From assembly GCF_000143415.4 (NCBI RefSeq), contig NW_003314270.1, forward strand, positions 536,666-600,665: a stretch of DNA of 64,000 nt. Direction: 5' to 3'. The stretch is from Selaginella moellendorffii. Its lineage: Eukaryota > Plantae > Lycopodiophyta. The translations under genes were made by a program, and so were the position numbers. Under the pieces are notes generated by a model. It had not been told where the DNA came from and did no database searches. It was given only the letters and a program-made list of their open reading frames with translations. Shown here piece by piece: positions 49,878 to 61,079 of this stretch. The number at the start of each line of letters is the position of its first letter. The first letter of the stretch is position 1.

Positions 49878-50739
49878 AGTCACGGCGAAGGTACTGTATC
49901 GTTTTTTATCTGAACGGTGTCCTTTTCTCCCATGAGCGTGGCTCGTCCTCGAATGTCACTGCACCCTCCAAAGCCTGCGGTCGCAAGTTGGTCAAAAGAG
50001 ACAGATTCACATTAATCACACGGGAGAAACTGCAGGATCTAATAATGACCATGCGACACTTAAAACATAGGGCCGGGTTCAATTTGCAATTGGGAGTTTG
50101 GACATCCATGATGTGCCACAATGCATTAACGTTGCTACAGATGATGCACGATCAAACGCGAGTAATATTACCATTTGACTTTCTCCTAACGCAAGAGGAT
50201 TGCTTGACTATGGTCCATGTGGGGGTAGCAAGCCCATCTTCGTCAAGCCAGAGGCTGTAGTGATGAACCGGACTGATAGGTCAAGTGAAATCCTCATCAT
50301 CGATGACTCGCCGATTAAAACTGCAGTGAACACGCACACATATGCAGTGCACCCCATCTCTTGCAGTATGGAAACTAGGGAGAAGAAACCGTATGTTCTG
50401 GGGGACCTTGCAAAACGGCTTGGAGCAATGGTGATAAAGAACCGGCTAGTCCAGGAGGTGGCTGCAAAAATCAACCAAATGGCAGATGGAATGGTATATC
50501 AGAAGCCATTTGATCGGACAGACACCAGTCATCATTTATGGCATGTATATTGTCTAGCCAAGCACTATCCGCATCTCCATAATCTGCTCAACCGGATGGG
50601 TTCTTCGACCACTGAACATGAGCGTGGACGTATTAGAAAAGAGATGGCATTACTATTGGGTTTAAATCCTGATAGTGTGGAGAGTGATGAAATTCCAAGA
50701 TTATTGTATAGGCGTTGGAGGCAAAAAATAACAGTCTGA
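49878..50739 (+). CDS. Last exon: FCP1/NIF-like HAD phosphatase domain (frameshifted)
   Basis: CIVFYLNGVLF (DLNGxL motif I, D>Y), GVWTSM (motif II), KPIFVK (motif III) and LIIDDSPIK (motif IV), split between ORFs 49856-50260 and 50200-50739. Confidence 0.7.
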
Positions 50740-51189
50740 GATGGCATGTATTTATTTAAAAATGTAACTTATTATGGCATGGGGTTCCATGCCATTGTAT
50801 TAATATTAAAAGACAATTCTTTGAGAGGATTTGCATTATACTAGAAGTGTTACAGCATGTTATTGGAAGTCTACGAAGTTGTTTTATTAATAAGGGGAAA
50901 GTAAAGATTGAATGGGGACTTGGGCTCCACCTAGACTCGGAACAACTGAGCCAATATTAAAAGGATGGAAAGAAATTGGACGACGATGACAAGGAGAAGA
51001 GAGAGGTGAAGCAGTGGCAGGGGGAGGAGAAGTGATTGAGTAGACATTTCCTTGTTTAAAATAAAATGGCATGTGCCTCAATGCAGTTGAATTTTGTTAT
51101 ATTTATATACTATATAAAGGTTTGGAAACCTTATTTTACAAGTGGGATAATGACAATTCCCACTTTAACAAAATAGAGCTTCATTGTAG

Positions 51190-52000
51190 ACATCTTGAAG
51201 ACGAAAGGGCATATTCACAACTTGGTCTAGAAACAACTTTCATGGATAAACTTGTATGGATAGGTCCATTTTAGTTTAAGGATAGAGTCAATTTTTTATT
51301 GCAACTTCCCCTCTCAAGATTCATACATTCAAGATTTTATTTTAAACAATATAATGTAAAAAAAAGATATTATTATAAGGTATGAAATACAACGGATGTA
51401 CCTCCTTAGGCTAGTAGGAAGTTGTACTCCTTTTAATAAGTCTTGCAAGATAGCTTCATTTAGTTGAGCCTTTTGGCAATCCAAATTGAGTAAGGTGTTT
51501 GTGATAAAATCCTTGAGGATAGTTTTTTGAATATACTTCAAAGTTGCAAATGAATTTCTCAATATCTCTTCCTACATACCATCTTTGAAAGGGTTGAAAG
51601 AACTCCTTTATATCCCTTTCTACATTGGATATATGTATGTGCTAACATGCATTGCAGCTCTTCCAGCAATGGTGTCATAGGCAGAAGGATTGATTACCTT
51701 TGCAAAAAATAGAATTTCTATAATGATTTCAATTGCATGCTTTATCCACACAATCTAAATACCCGCCACAATGAACTATACACACCATGCCTTCAAAATG
51801 TTGAAAGTGTGTAGTCTTGATCTTGCACCAATTTTGGACATCTTGCTTGGTTTCCATCCCCTTCCATTTGGAACCTGTGCTGTTGACAAAAGGTGGTAGT
51901 TCAAAAAAAATATTGCCATTGTAGGAGGATAAAAACTTGCTCATAGGCTTATAAAAAACAAGTGCACATTGATTATGAGGTGTGAAAACTAAAAAGCATT
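51190..52000 (-). pseudogene. Truncated, decayed copy of the GCM-like N-terminal part of a MULE-type transposase
   Basis: ORFs 51729-51944 (WCKIKTTHFQHFEG..HCGGYLDCVDKAC) and 51329-51562 are paralogous to 63746-63979 and 63257-63643. Confidence 0.7.
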
Positions 52001-53199
52001 GCTAATGGCTTTGAATATTGTTAAAGATGGAGCTAGTGAATTCGGTGTCAACACTAGCATGACTTCTTCATTTGAACTAAAAGAGGATGAAAGGATAACG
52101 ACTAACTTTTGCTTCACATTCACTTTGGCTAGAGTGCATATTTGCACTTTGACTGGAGATCCAAAAGCTCAAATCTCCTTCAATTTGGAATTTTATAAAT
52201 TCAATTGCTATTCACCTTTGCCCACACCAGAAAGAAGAAACTCCTAGTATGCAACTATACTAGTGTCATTGCAAATTACAATCTCTAAAGAAAGAGAGCC
52301 AAGACAAAGGTCAAAATGCCGACATAAAAAACTTTTGGAAACAGTACTCTGAGAGAATGAAAGAGATAGATAATCTTGAAAATGTAAAAGAAACTTCTCC
52401 ATCTTTCTCAATAGGTTTTAGAGTTCTCTCTCTCTTTATGCTACTTGTAAAAATCCATAGTGAAATATAATTGAAATTTAAAGAGAGCAATAAAAAAGAT
52501 GTCAATAACATACAAAATGAATTTAAATTCTATAGCAAATTTAACATGTGCAAGTGTGACACTATTAATATTATTGTCATCTATTATGATGTTTAATGCA
52601 TGTATACATATAGATCCAAGGAAGGATTTTCAGCACATGAAGTTTGATAGTTAATAATGATATCAGTAATGACATTTTTCTATAGCATGTCAATCCAAGA
52701 AATCCAATCTGACTATTAGCATATATGATGTGTCAAGTTATCAAATCTTAAGTGCTAGATGATGATAAATCTTGTCAAATATTATTCTTTAATGACAAAT
52801 TTGATTCTTAATACAACTCAAGTTTTAATCCATAATTGTGAACACTGCTCTATGATATTTAAAGCACGTGCCTATTTTTTAGGATATAATACAACACAAA
52901 ATAAATTTCTGGATGATAATTCATCCATTCATAGATTAATATAGTACAACATATTTACCGTGCCATATTTATACCCTTTAAAGTTCTTGTAATAAGTCTA
53001 AAATATGTACAAAATATGATGAGAATGCATCCTTTCTAGATAATTTGGAAAAAATAATATCATATCTCTAATAGCAGAAACATTGATAGGTGCTAGTTAC
53101 ATTGTCATTAAAATATACAAAATAAAGAACCATAATTCATATATAATGATAATGATAAGATAAAATAAGATTGAAGATATCATGATGGTTGAGATTTAG

Positions 53200-56100
53200 G
53201 TTATTCGGAATGAAAGGCTAGGATGAGAGATTGGTTAGGGTTAGGGCAGCTGTCAGGATTAGGGTTAGGGTAGCTGCCAAGATTAGGTTACTATTTGCAT
53301 TGTGAATGGAGTGCATGAGAGATTGAGAGATTGAGCACGAAGCGTGCGAGTGCGAGAGATCGAGCACGCAAGAGTGCGGGAGATTGAGTGCATGAGTGTG
53401 AGAGATCGAGTGTAGGAGAGTGTAGGAGATCAAGTGCATAAAAGTGAACATGAGTCTCAAGTCTTGTTGTACCAAGGGATGTTAGGAACCTGGAGGTTTG
53501 GTATGCGGGGAGTGTAGCCAAATTTTAAGTCCAATTTAACCCGGGGAGGGGGATTGAGAGAAAATTTAGGGATTCGTGGATGGATGGCTAATGCTCCATT
53601 GCTCGTGTAGTGAGTTACTGAAATCAAGTAGGACCAAGTAGGATCTAGTATAATAGGTGGGAACCTTGATGAGAGAACTTAACTAACACCAAGGCTATGG
53701 TGGACAAATAAACGAGGTAAACTAGCAAATTGGAAAGGAAAAATTTGTGACCTACAATTTAGTATCGGAGTCTTTTTCTCAATTCTAGCGAAAGATAGAG
53801 GTAGATTGCTGGGAGATGGCTAAGCCAAGGCATAAGATAACCAAGGTAGAGATGAAACCTCCTTCGGAGCTAGAGCCTCTAGTTGAACAAGAAGCTATGG
53901 ATGAGGAATCCTTACATGAGGAAGACTTTAGTGAGGAAACTTTCAAACAAGAGTCCAATGGTGAGGTTCGGTCGTCTAAGGCTTGATTGGACATTCTAGA
54001 AGGACAATTAGCATAGACCAATGTCTTGCTAAAGACCCTCGTATTCAAGCTAAAGCATGACGAGAAGCGGAAGAAAAAGTAAAAGACTATAGATGCTAGT
54101 AGCGCAAAAGGTGTGGACCCTTTGGCAGGGACTAAGGCAGAACTAAATAAGGTCTTACAAATTGAAGTGGAATTAGTCCCTCAAGTAGTTCTCAAGTACA
54201 AACTAAAGACCCCACCAGTTTTCAAGGGAGTGAATGATTATAAGATGGTAGAGAATTGGTTTTATGATATGGAGGATTACTTCCAAGTGTTGTAATTACC
54301 AAGATTTGAAAAAGTCCTATATGCTAAACTATACTTGGTAGATAATTCTAAGTCTTGGTGGAGAACAACAAAGGCCAATGAAGGACTGGTGGCCACTTAG
54401 GAAATGATAAAGGTGAGGATTTATGCAACTTACGTTCCTTTGAATGCTATTCTACACTTAAGGGATGAGTTGAGTAGGCTGAAATTGACGAGAACCATTC
54501 AAGAGTATATGAATACATTTATAACAAAAAGGATCCTTGTTACAGACATAGGTGATATGGATGCATTCTATACCTTCATATCATACTTGCAAACTTTGGT
54601 TTGAGGCGAGATGATGCATTGGAACCTGACCAACTACAAGGAAGAATTGGATGCAGTTATCAAGGTGCATTTCAATGATAACTTATGAAAGGGGAACACA
54701 ATGGGGTTAGGTTCCACATTTAGCAAAGGAACCAAATGAAAGTGGATATATGGCAAAGGGAAATTTAGGAAAAGTTTTTTTAAGAATGAGTCCTTAGGGT
54801 TTCAGAGAGGTAGATTTGGTGGCTAGCAAGCAAGTACGTGGGGGAGTCAAGAATTTGTTAGTAGCATGGGAAACAACATATACTTCAATTGTAGTGAAGC
54901 GGAACACTTTTTGAGAGAATGTCTTTACCCGAAAAAAGCCAAAGCCAATATGGCTATTAAGTTAAGTGAAATCCAAATTGAGGTATGTGATCTAGTCCCT
55001 AGCTCAAAGTTACTCATTACATAAAAAACTTTGGTAGAGACTTGTTCACAATATCTACTAACCCTCCGAGGGAAGCTTGGAGGTAATTTTATTAAGATCC
55101 TTATTGATATGGATCCTTTGGATAATTTTGTAGTTGCAGATATAGTCTAGCAAGCCAGACTAATGGTGCAACGGTTGGGTGAACAAAAGACTATAGAGTT
55201 TGTTCAAGGTAGCCAAAGCACTGATATGGTACTTTGACAGGTAAGAGTTAAAGTAGGGATATGGAAAGTAAATATGAATTTCACCGTGTTGGATATGGTG
55301 GGATTTAACGTGATTTTCAGGATGGATTGGTTCAATCAATTTGTGATAACTCTGCATGGACAAAGTAAGAACCTTGTGGCACTAGCAAATGCCCAAGGAG
55401 AATGATCTAGGGTGGAGGCCCAAGATCTAAAGGTAGAGCAATATAAGGCCAAAGACTCTTGTGTGAACCTTGTGTCCACAAGAGGACAACTCACTAAAGG
55501 AACTAATGCAACATTTTTGTGTTTACTCTTGGTGAGAAATAATAAAAAGACAGGAATAGAAGAAATACCTTTAATGATTCAGTAGGTGTTGGACCAATTT
55601 CAAGATACCACGCCAGAGGAGTTACCGGCAGGGTTACCCTCAGCACGACTAATAGAACATAAAATTAAGTTAGTCAAGGGTGCTAAGGCGGTGGTTCATC
55701 CCCCCTATCATTTGAACGAAAAGGAACTTGAGGAGCTCAAATGCCAATTAGAAGAGTTGATGGGTAAAGGGTATGTTAGGTTGAGTAAGTCGCCATATGA
55801 GGCGCCGGTGTTATTTATGAAAAAGAAAGATGGATCTATGCCAATGTTCATAGACTACCAGTTACTTAACAAATATATAAAGAAGAATAGGTACCTTTTA
55901 CCAAGGATTGGGTTGGGAAAGACAAATTACTTCTTGAGGATTAACCTAAGGTGAAGATACTACCAGATTAGGGTAGTAGAGGAAGATGTCAAGAAGACAA
56001 CCTATTGGACAAGATATGGAAGTTCTGAGTTTCTAGTGATGCCCTTTAGGCTGTGCAATGCACCAACGATGTTTTCAGCACTAATGAACCACAGTTTTGT

Positions 56101-58780
56101 ACCCTATCTGGATTATTTCATGGTCATCTACATAGACGACATCTTGATCTATAGTGAAACACTAGAGGAGCATGTCGAACACTTGACAAAGGTGTTTGAG
56201 AAATTAAGGGAACACAAGTTATATGCTAAAGAGAGCAAATGTGACTTTGCTCAATAAGAGGTAAAATTTCTCGGACATATGGTGGGCAAGGACTAGCTCG
56301 GTAGATCCTGAGAAGGTCCAAGTGATCTAGGAATGGGAATGACCATCGAATATAAACAAGTTAAGGGCATTCTTAGGGCTATGCAACTACTATAGAAAGT
56401 TTATCAAACACTATTTGAGAGTAATTTTGCCTTTAATAGGCCAAACGAGAAAAGGGAACATGGTATGAACAGTAGAATGTGAGGTGGTGTTTGTCCACCT
56501 CAAAGGGAAGTTGAGGAAGGCTCTCGTGTTAGCATTACCAGACTTTGGTAAGGACTTTGAGGTAGAAATGGATGCTTTAGACTTTGTATTGGGCATAGTT
56601 TTAAAGGAAGACAACCATCCAATAGTGTTCTTCTTGAAGAAATTGGACAAAGTTTAACAAAAGTGGCCCTCCTACAAGAAGGAATTGTTTGCATTGGTCA
56701 AAGCGCTCAAGGAGTGGCGATACTACCTTGGGAGGTACTTTAAAATTTACAAGAATAATATGGCAATGAAACATTTTTTATCACAGCCTGACTTAAGAAG
56801 TATACAGAGTCGATAGGCCAATGCTTTGGCTAAGTTTGATTGCTAGATTCTGTATAAACCTGAGAAGAGCAATATCATGGTAGATGTTCTAAGTTGAAAA
56901 GTAAACTTAAAGTTGATGATATCCAGCGCAATAGCAACTTTTTAGAATGATGTGCGGATAGCATATGAGAATGATAGTCTAGCACAAAAAATGTTGCTAA
57001 GGAACTAAGAAGCACGGGATGCTCACCAAAGAGGCGAGTCGCCCACGGCAGAAAAGATAGGTTATGTGGAACACAATAGACTCATCTATTATAAACAGAC
57101 AAGGGTTTATATTTCACAAGAGGAGCTAAGGAAGGTAGCATTAGAAAAGTGTCATGATAGACCTTTTGCGGGACACGACAAAGTGCCCAAGAGGATGGGC
57201 TTACTCAAGAAAAAGTATTACTAGCTAGACATAGCTAAGGACGTCCAAGACTATGTAAAGATATATTCAACATGTTAGCAAGTCAAAGGCGTGACTAAGG
57301 CTAGTGGGGGCTTGTTACAAAGCCTCTCAATTCCAGACTGTCCGTGGAAATGCCTTACAATAGACTTCATCATGGGACTCCCCCCAAGTGAGGGGTTTGA
57401 TACGATATTCATGGTGGTAGATTGGTTTTTAAAGATGGCACATTTTATACCCACCATAATTAAAGTGGATGCAGAAGGTGTGGTGAAGCTATTCTTTAAA
57501 TAAGTAGTTCGAGTGCAAGGAAGGCCAAAAGAGATTATCTCAAATCGAGATAAGATTTTCACCAGTAAGTTCTAGAGAACTCTTTTAGAATAGTATTGCA
57601 CCAAGTTAAAATTTAGCACAGTTTATCACCCATAGACAGATATTGGGTATTAAGTCAAGTTTAATAGCAATAACACTTCTTGACAAATGGACAAATAAAA
57701 AGGGTGAATAGGTAGGTAGAGGATTATTTGTGATGCTATGTCTCTAAAGACCAAACTGATTGGGTAAATCATTTAGGACTTGCGGAAATGTAATAACAAC
57801 TCACCACATTCAAGTACCAGGGTGAGTCCATGGGAAGTCATCAATAGGAAAGCTATTGAAAGTCCTGTAGAATTCGGCATGGTCGAGTATCATGAAGAGT
57901 TACCCGCTATAGAGGCATTCATGGCAGAAAGACTCAACATTTGGAATCTAGTGAGGGATTCCTTGGAACAGACTTAACAAAGGCAAACTAAATATACAAA
58001 CCAAAAGTGCCAAGATGTAAAGTTCCAACCTGGGGATAAAGTGTGGTTGAACACCAAGAATTTAAGGTTATCAAGTGGGAGCAGCCAAAAGTTGACTTAA
58101 AGGTAAAATGCATGTATTCCTAGAATTGAATTGATCTTGAGTTCTTTAAACAAGTTCGTGGGGCCTTATGAGATTAAGGCTTGAATTGGTAAAGTGGCTT
58201 ATTAATTCCGACTTCCTCAGGAGATGGGGAAGATGCACCTGTGTTCCATGTGAACTTACTCAAGTCATACTTTGAGGATCCACTTTACAAGGACTAAGTA
58301 AGACCTTTACCTGAGGTTATCCAAGAGGAAGAAGAATACAAAGTCAAGGCTATCCTCAATGCTTGCAAAAGTAAGCGATAAAGATATAAGGTGAGGGAGT
58401 TCCATATAAAGTGGAAAGGATTTCTACATTGTGAAGTAATATGGGAACTGAAGGAGAATTTACTAAACACGTGAGATCTAGTGGAAGAATTTTTGTAAAG
58501 TAGAACTTTGTGTACTTATGCAAAATTCAATTAAAGAATTTATTTGAGAAATTGAGAAATATCATATGTTGGGACCCAAAGGCATGCTGAAGGTAAGCTA
58601 ATTAACATGAATTTAACTAGGTCGACCAGGCGTAGGTGCTACACCCAACTCCCTAAGGTGGATGTCAGACTCATAGATGTATTTTACGGAGGTTGGGTTT
58701 GAGTCCCAACTCTCTAGTAAAGCAAGGGTGGGTTTGAGTCCCAACCCCATACTAGGGCGTGGTGAGGTAGGGGGTATAGG
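53200..58780 (+). mobile_element. Element D: old, heavily decayed Ty3/Gypsy chromovirus (LTR end 53756, decayed tRNA-iMet PBS about 53760-53770, gag-PR-RT-RH-IN-chromo remnants)
   Basis: Fragments PEELPAGLP..IEHKIKL, SPYEAPVLFMKKKDGS, MPFRLCNAP..YIDDILIYS, IDFIMGLP..VVDWFLKMAHFIP and chromo-like FHIKWKGF. Many stops and frameshifts. Left boundary approximate; no 3' LTR found. Confidence 0.88.
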
Positions 58781-58804
58781 GACATCTATACCCGGGTAAC
58801 ACTA

Positions 58805-60073
58805 ATAAGTGCAAGTCAATGAATGAATTTCTTTAATCAAGTCAAATATGCTTAACTAATAGCACTTAAGAATTCCATCCTTATGCTCTTCTGGCTAAGT
58901 GCACATGCAAATACTAGTATCTCAACTAACTTGAGTGGAGACTGAAAAAGGGTCTAGCAATACCAACTTCCTGCCATCGTGACAGTAAAGAAAGAATATC
59001 CAAAAGGACTAGCTGACAGATAACTTTTGATAGCTACAATCACATGTGCAACACTCTCCCCCCCTTAGGCAAAATTGATGTCCTCATTGATACACACTCT
59101 AATCTAGAACACCGCCAAAGAAACAATTCTAGAAAGGTTCAATGTATTTAAAAATGCACAAACTTAAATGAGTTAAGGTAACATCTCTATCTAACTCTAA
59201 TATGCTATAACTCAGACACCTTTTGGCTATTGCTAACAAGGAAATGATCAATGGAGTTAACCACCCTTGTTGCTCTAGATATCACCCAGCTTATAAAAGA
59301 TGATATGCCTCACTTGTAAGTGGCATAGAGAGAGAAGCCAAAAGCCCCAACTTTCATGGGCAAAGAAACCAAACTAGTTGGTAAGGTTTAGATAGACTAC
59401 TAGAAATAAGCAGTTAAAGTTGTTTATATGGTCACACTCTTTGAACAGAATAAGGAATATTGACAAAGAAGCAGATGATATGACCAGTTTATAGTAGTTA
59501 CCCCATAACTAGAGATTTCATCATGCACATGAAGTGCTAAAGCCAATCTACCTATATTGACCCAAACCCAAAGATCAAGAGATGGACAATATCAAAATCA
59601 TAAATAATGATATTTGAGAGACTTAGTTATTAGTGAATAAATATTAAATTAGAACACAAAAGTATTCCAAGTAAGTTATCATCTGATAAACTAAGATAGA
59701 ATAGGAGCTACCAAGAGCATCATAATTGATAAATATAGGATTTACCACTGAACAAAATTCAATAGCAAGTGTACTATTAAGAACAGTCAATAATAAAACT
59801 TAACTATCAAAGATTGCAAATAATATGTTAAATAACTTGCTAAAGACAACTAAATAAACACAAAGTATCATTAACAAATAAGCAAGATGCTTGCAAATGT
59901 ATTACCCAAAGGAAATAACATTCAATCAATCAAAATTAATTGTAGCAACAATCAATAAAACAAAATGAATGCTACAAGACTAACAAACACCTATTCATGC
60001 CAATTATTACACTAACCAATCTGAATAGATCCCGGTCAACAATATTAAGGAATTAGAGTTGCTCAAGCAAGTG
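58805..60073 (-). mobile_element. Old, diverged family A fragment (LTR end at 59053, PPT, adjacent internal region)
   Basis: Colinear with 1620-2905 with extensive CG/CHG-type transitions; CTCTCCCCCCCTT at 59054-59066. Confidence 0.88.
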
Positions 60074-60538
60074 CGGAGCATACTTGCACTCACGAGATGA
60101 AGAGTTGAGCTCAATTTTTAATTGTAATTTAGTACAAACATTATAAACTTTAAAATTTTAAGGTTATGGTGAACTTAATAATTTCAACTCTCTATATATT
60201 ATATAGATAAAAATGTTCTAAAGGACACTTTTTGTTCTAATAATTTAAATTTTTACTACATGCAATGATAGGGACGTTTGTTAGAACATAAAATAAAATC
60301 CTTGCAAAAAGAGTATTCTTGTCACTTCCTAAAATCTGTACTCTATGTTTTCTGGCTAGTAAATATTAGGTTTGCCAGAATTTAAAAATTATTAAATTTG
60401 AATTAAGATTCTATATAAGGCCATATAACTGTGAAAGGAAAAAAAAACAACTATTAATGTAATATTATTGCAGAGAGACTTGGTTCTTTTCTAGAATAAA
60501 TTTTTGAGGGATTTGTTATAGCATACTATCTAGAATTT

Positions 60539-61030
60539 ATGGATCTTCATTTGCCCTCTCATTCGAAGAAAAAAAAATACACACAAATGCCTATGGGTTC
60601 TAGTGATGGTAATTTTAAGTTTTGCAAGTTTTCTTCCCAGTGTTCAAGGGCTACACAATGCAATAATTATCCCATTGCACAACATAACCAAACCACACAA
60701 GAGAAAGAAAGAGAGGATAGTGAATATAGTGATCATGAACTGGAGATAAATGCAATGACAGAGGGTGCTACAAATTGGGTGAAAAAGAATACTTATTTTA
60801 GAAAATTGCAATTCTGTGACTTTAAAAAATGCTTTATATGTTTTTTGGCTTTTGGTGGAAACAATACCAATGATCAGTATAATAGTACATATGCTCTCGC
60901 AATATATTGCAACATCATGCACTCGAAAGACTACCACGAAATATTTTTTGAGATGGTAAAGACAAAAATGGAGACTCACAAATACTATGGGCAGTATTGT
61001 GAAAAGAACACTCACAAGTATATAAAATGA
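60539..61030 (+). CDS. Possible terminal exon or ORF of unknown function, convergent with the MULE gene
   Basis: 163-codon ORF in AT-rich DNA with CxxC...CxxxH-like residues; no family recognised. Confidence 0.2.
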   Translation: MDLHLPSHSKKKKYTQMPMGSSDGNFKFCKFSSQCSRATQCNNYPIAQHNQTTQEKEREDSEYSDHELEINAMTEGATNWVKKNTYFRKLQFCDFKKCFICFLAFGGNNTNDQYNSTYALAIYCNIMHSKDYHEIFFEMVKTKMETHKYYGQYCEKNTHKYIK

Positions 61031-61079
61031 AAAGTGAAATAATAAAATATTTTTATTAATTATCTAAGGTATAATAAGT

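Larger units (their letters stand above)
10054..50739 (+). pseudogene. Spliced gene of about 1640 codons (ParB/Srx-like + degenerate N6/N4-MTase-like + acidic linker + FCP1/NIF HAD phosphatase-like), interrupted by four LTR insertions
   Basis: Exons: 10054-10056, 10296-11474, 11529-12852, 12903-12989, 13046-13077+20684-20723, 20773-20916, 20964-21118+26620-26724+33919-34195, 34253-34267, 34317-34364+49136-49195, 49243-49830, 49878-50739. All introns are GT-AG and the frame is continuous across every TSD. Lesions: TAG 20856 and 20883, and a 1-bp deletion in the G-run near 50221. Confidence 0.85.

Noticed and set aside
53235-53270. TTAGGG repeats suggesting interstitial telomere
   Set aside because: Only two pairs of units within the presumed D LTR; too short, and telo-box-like motifs are common.
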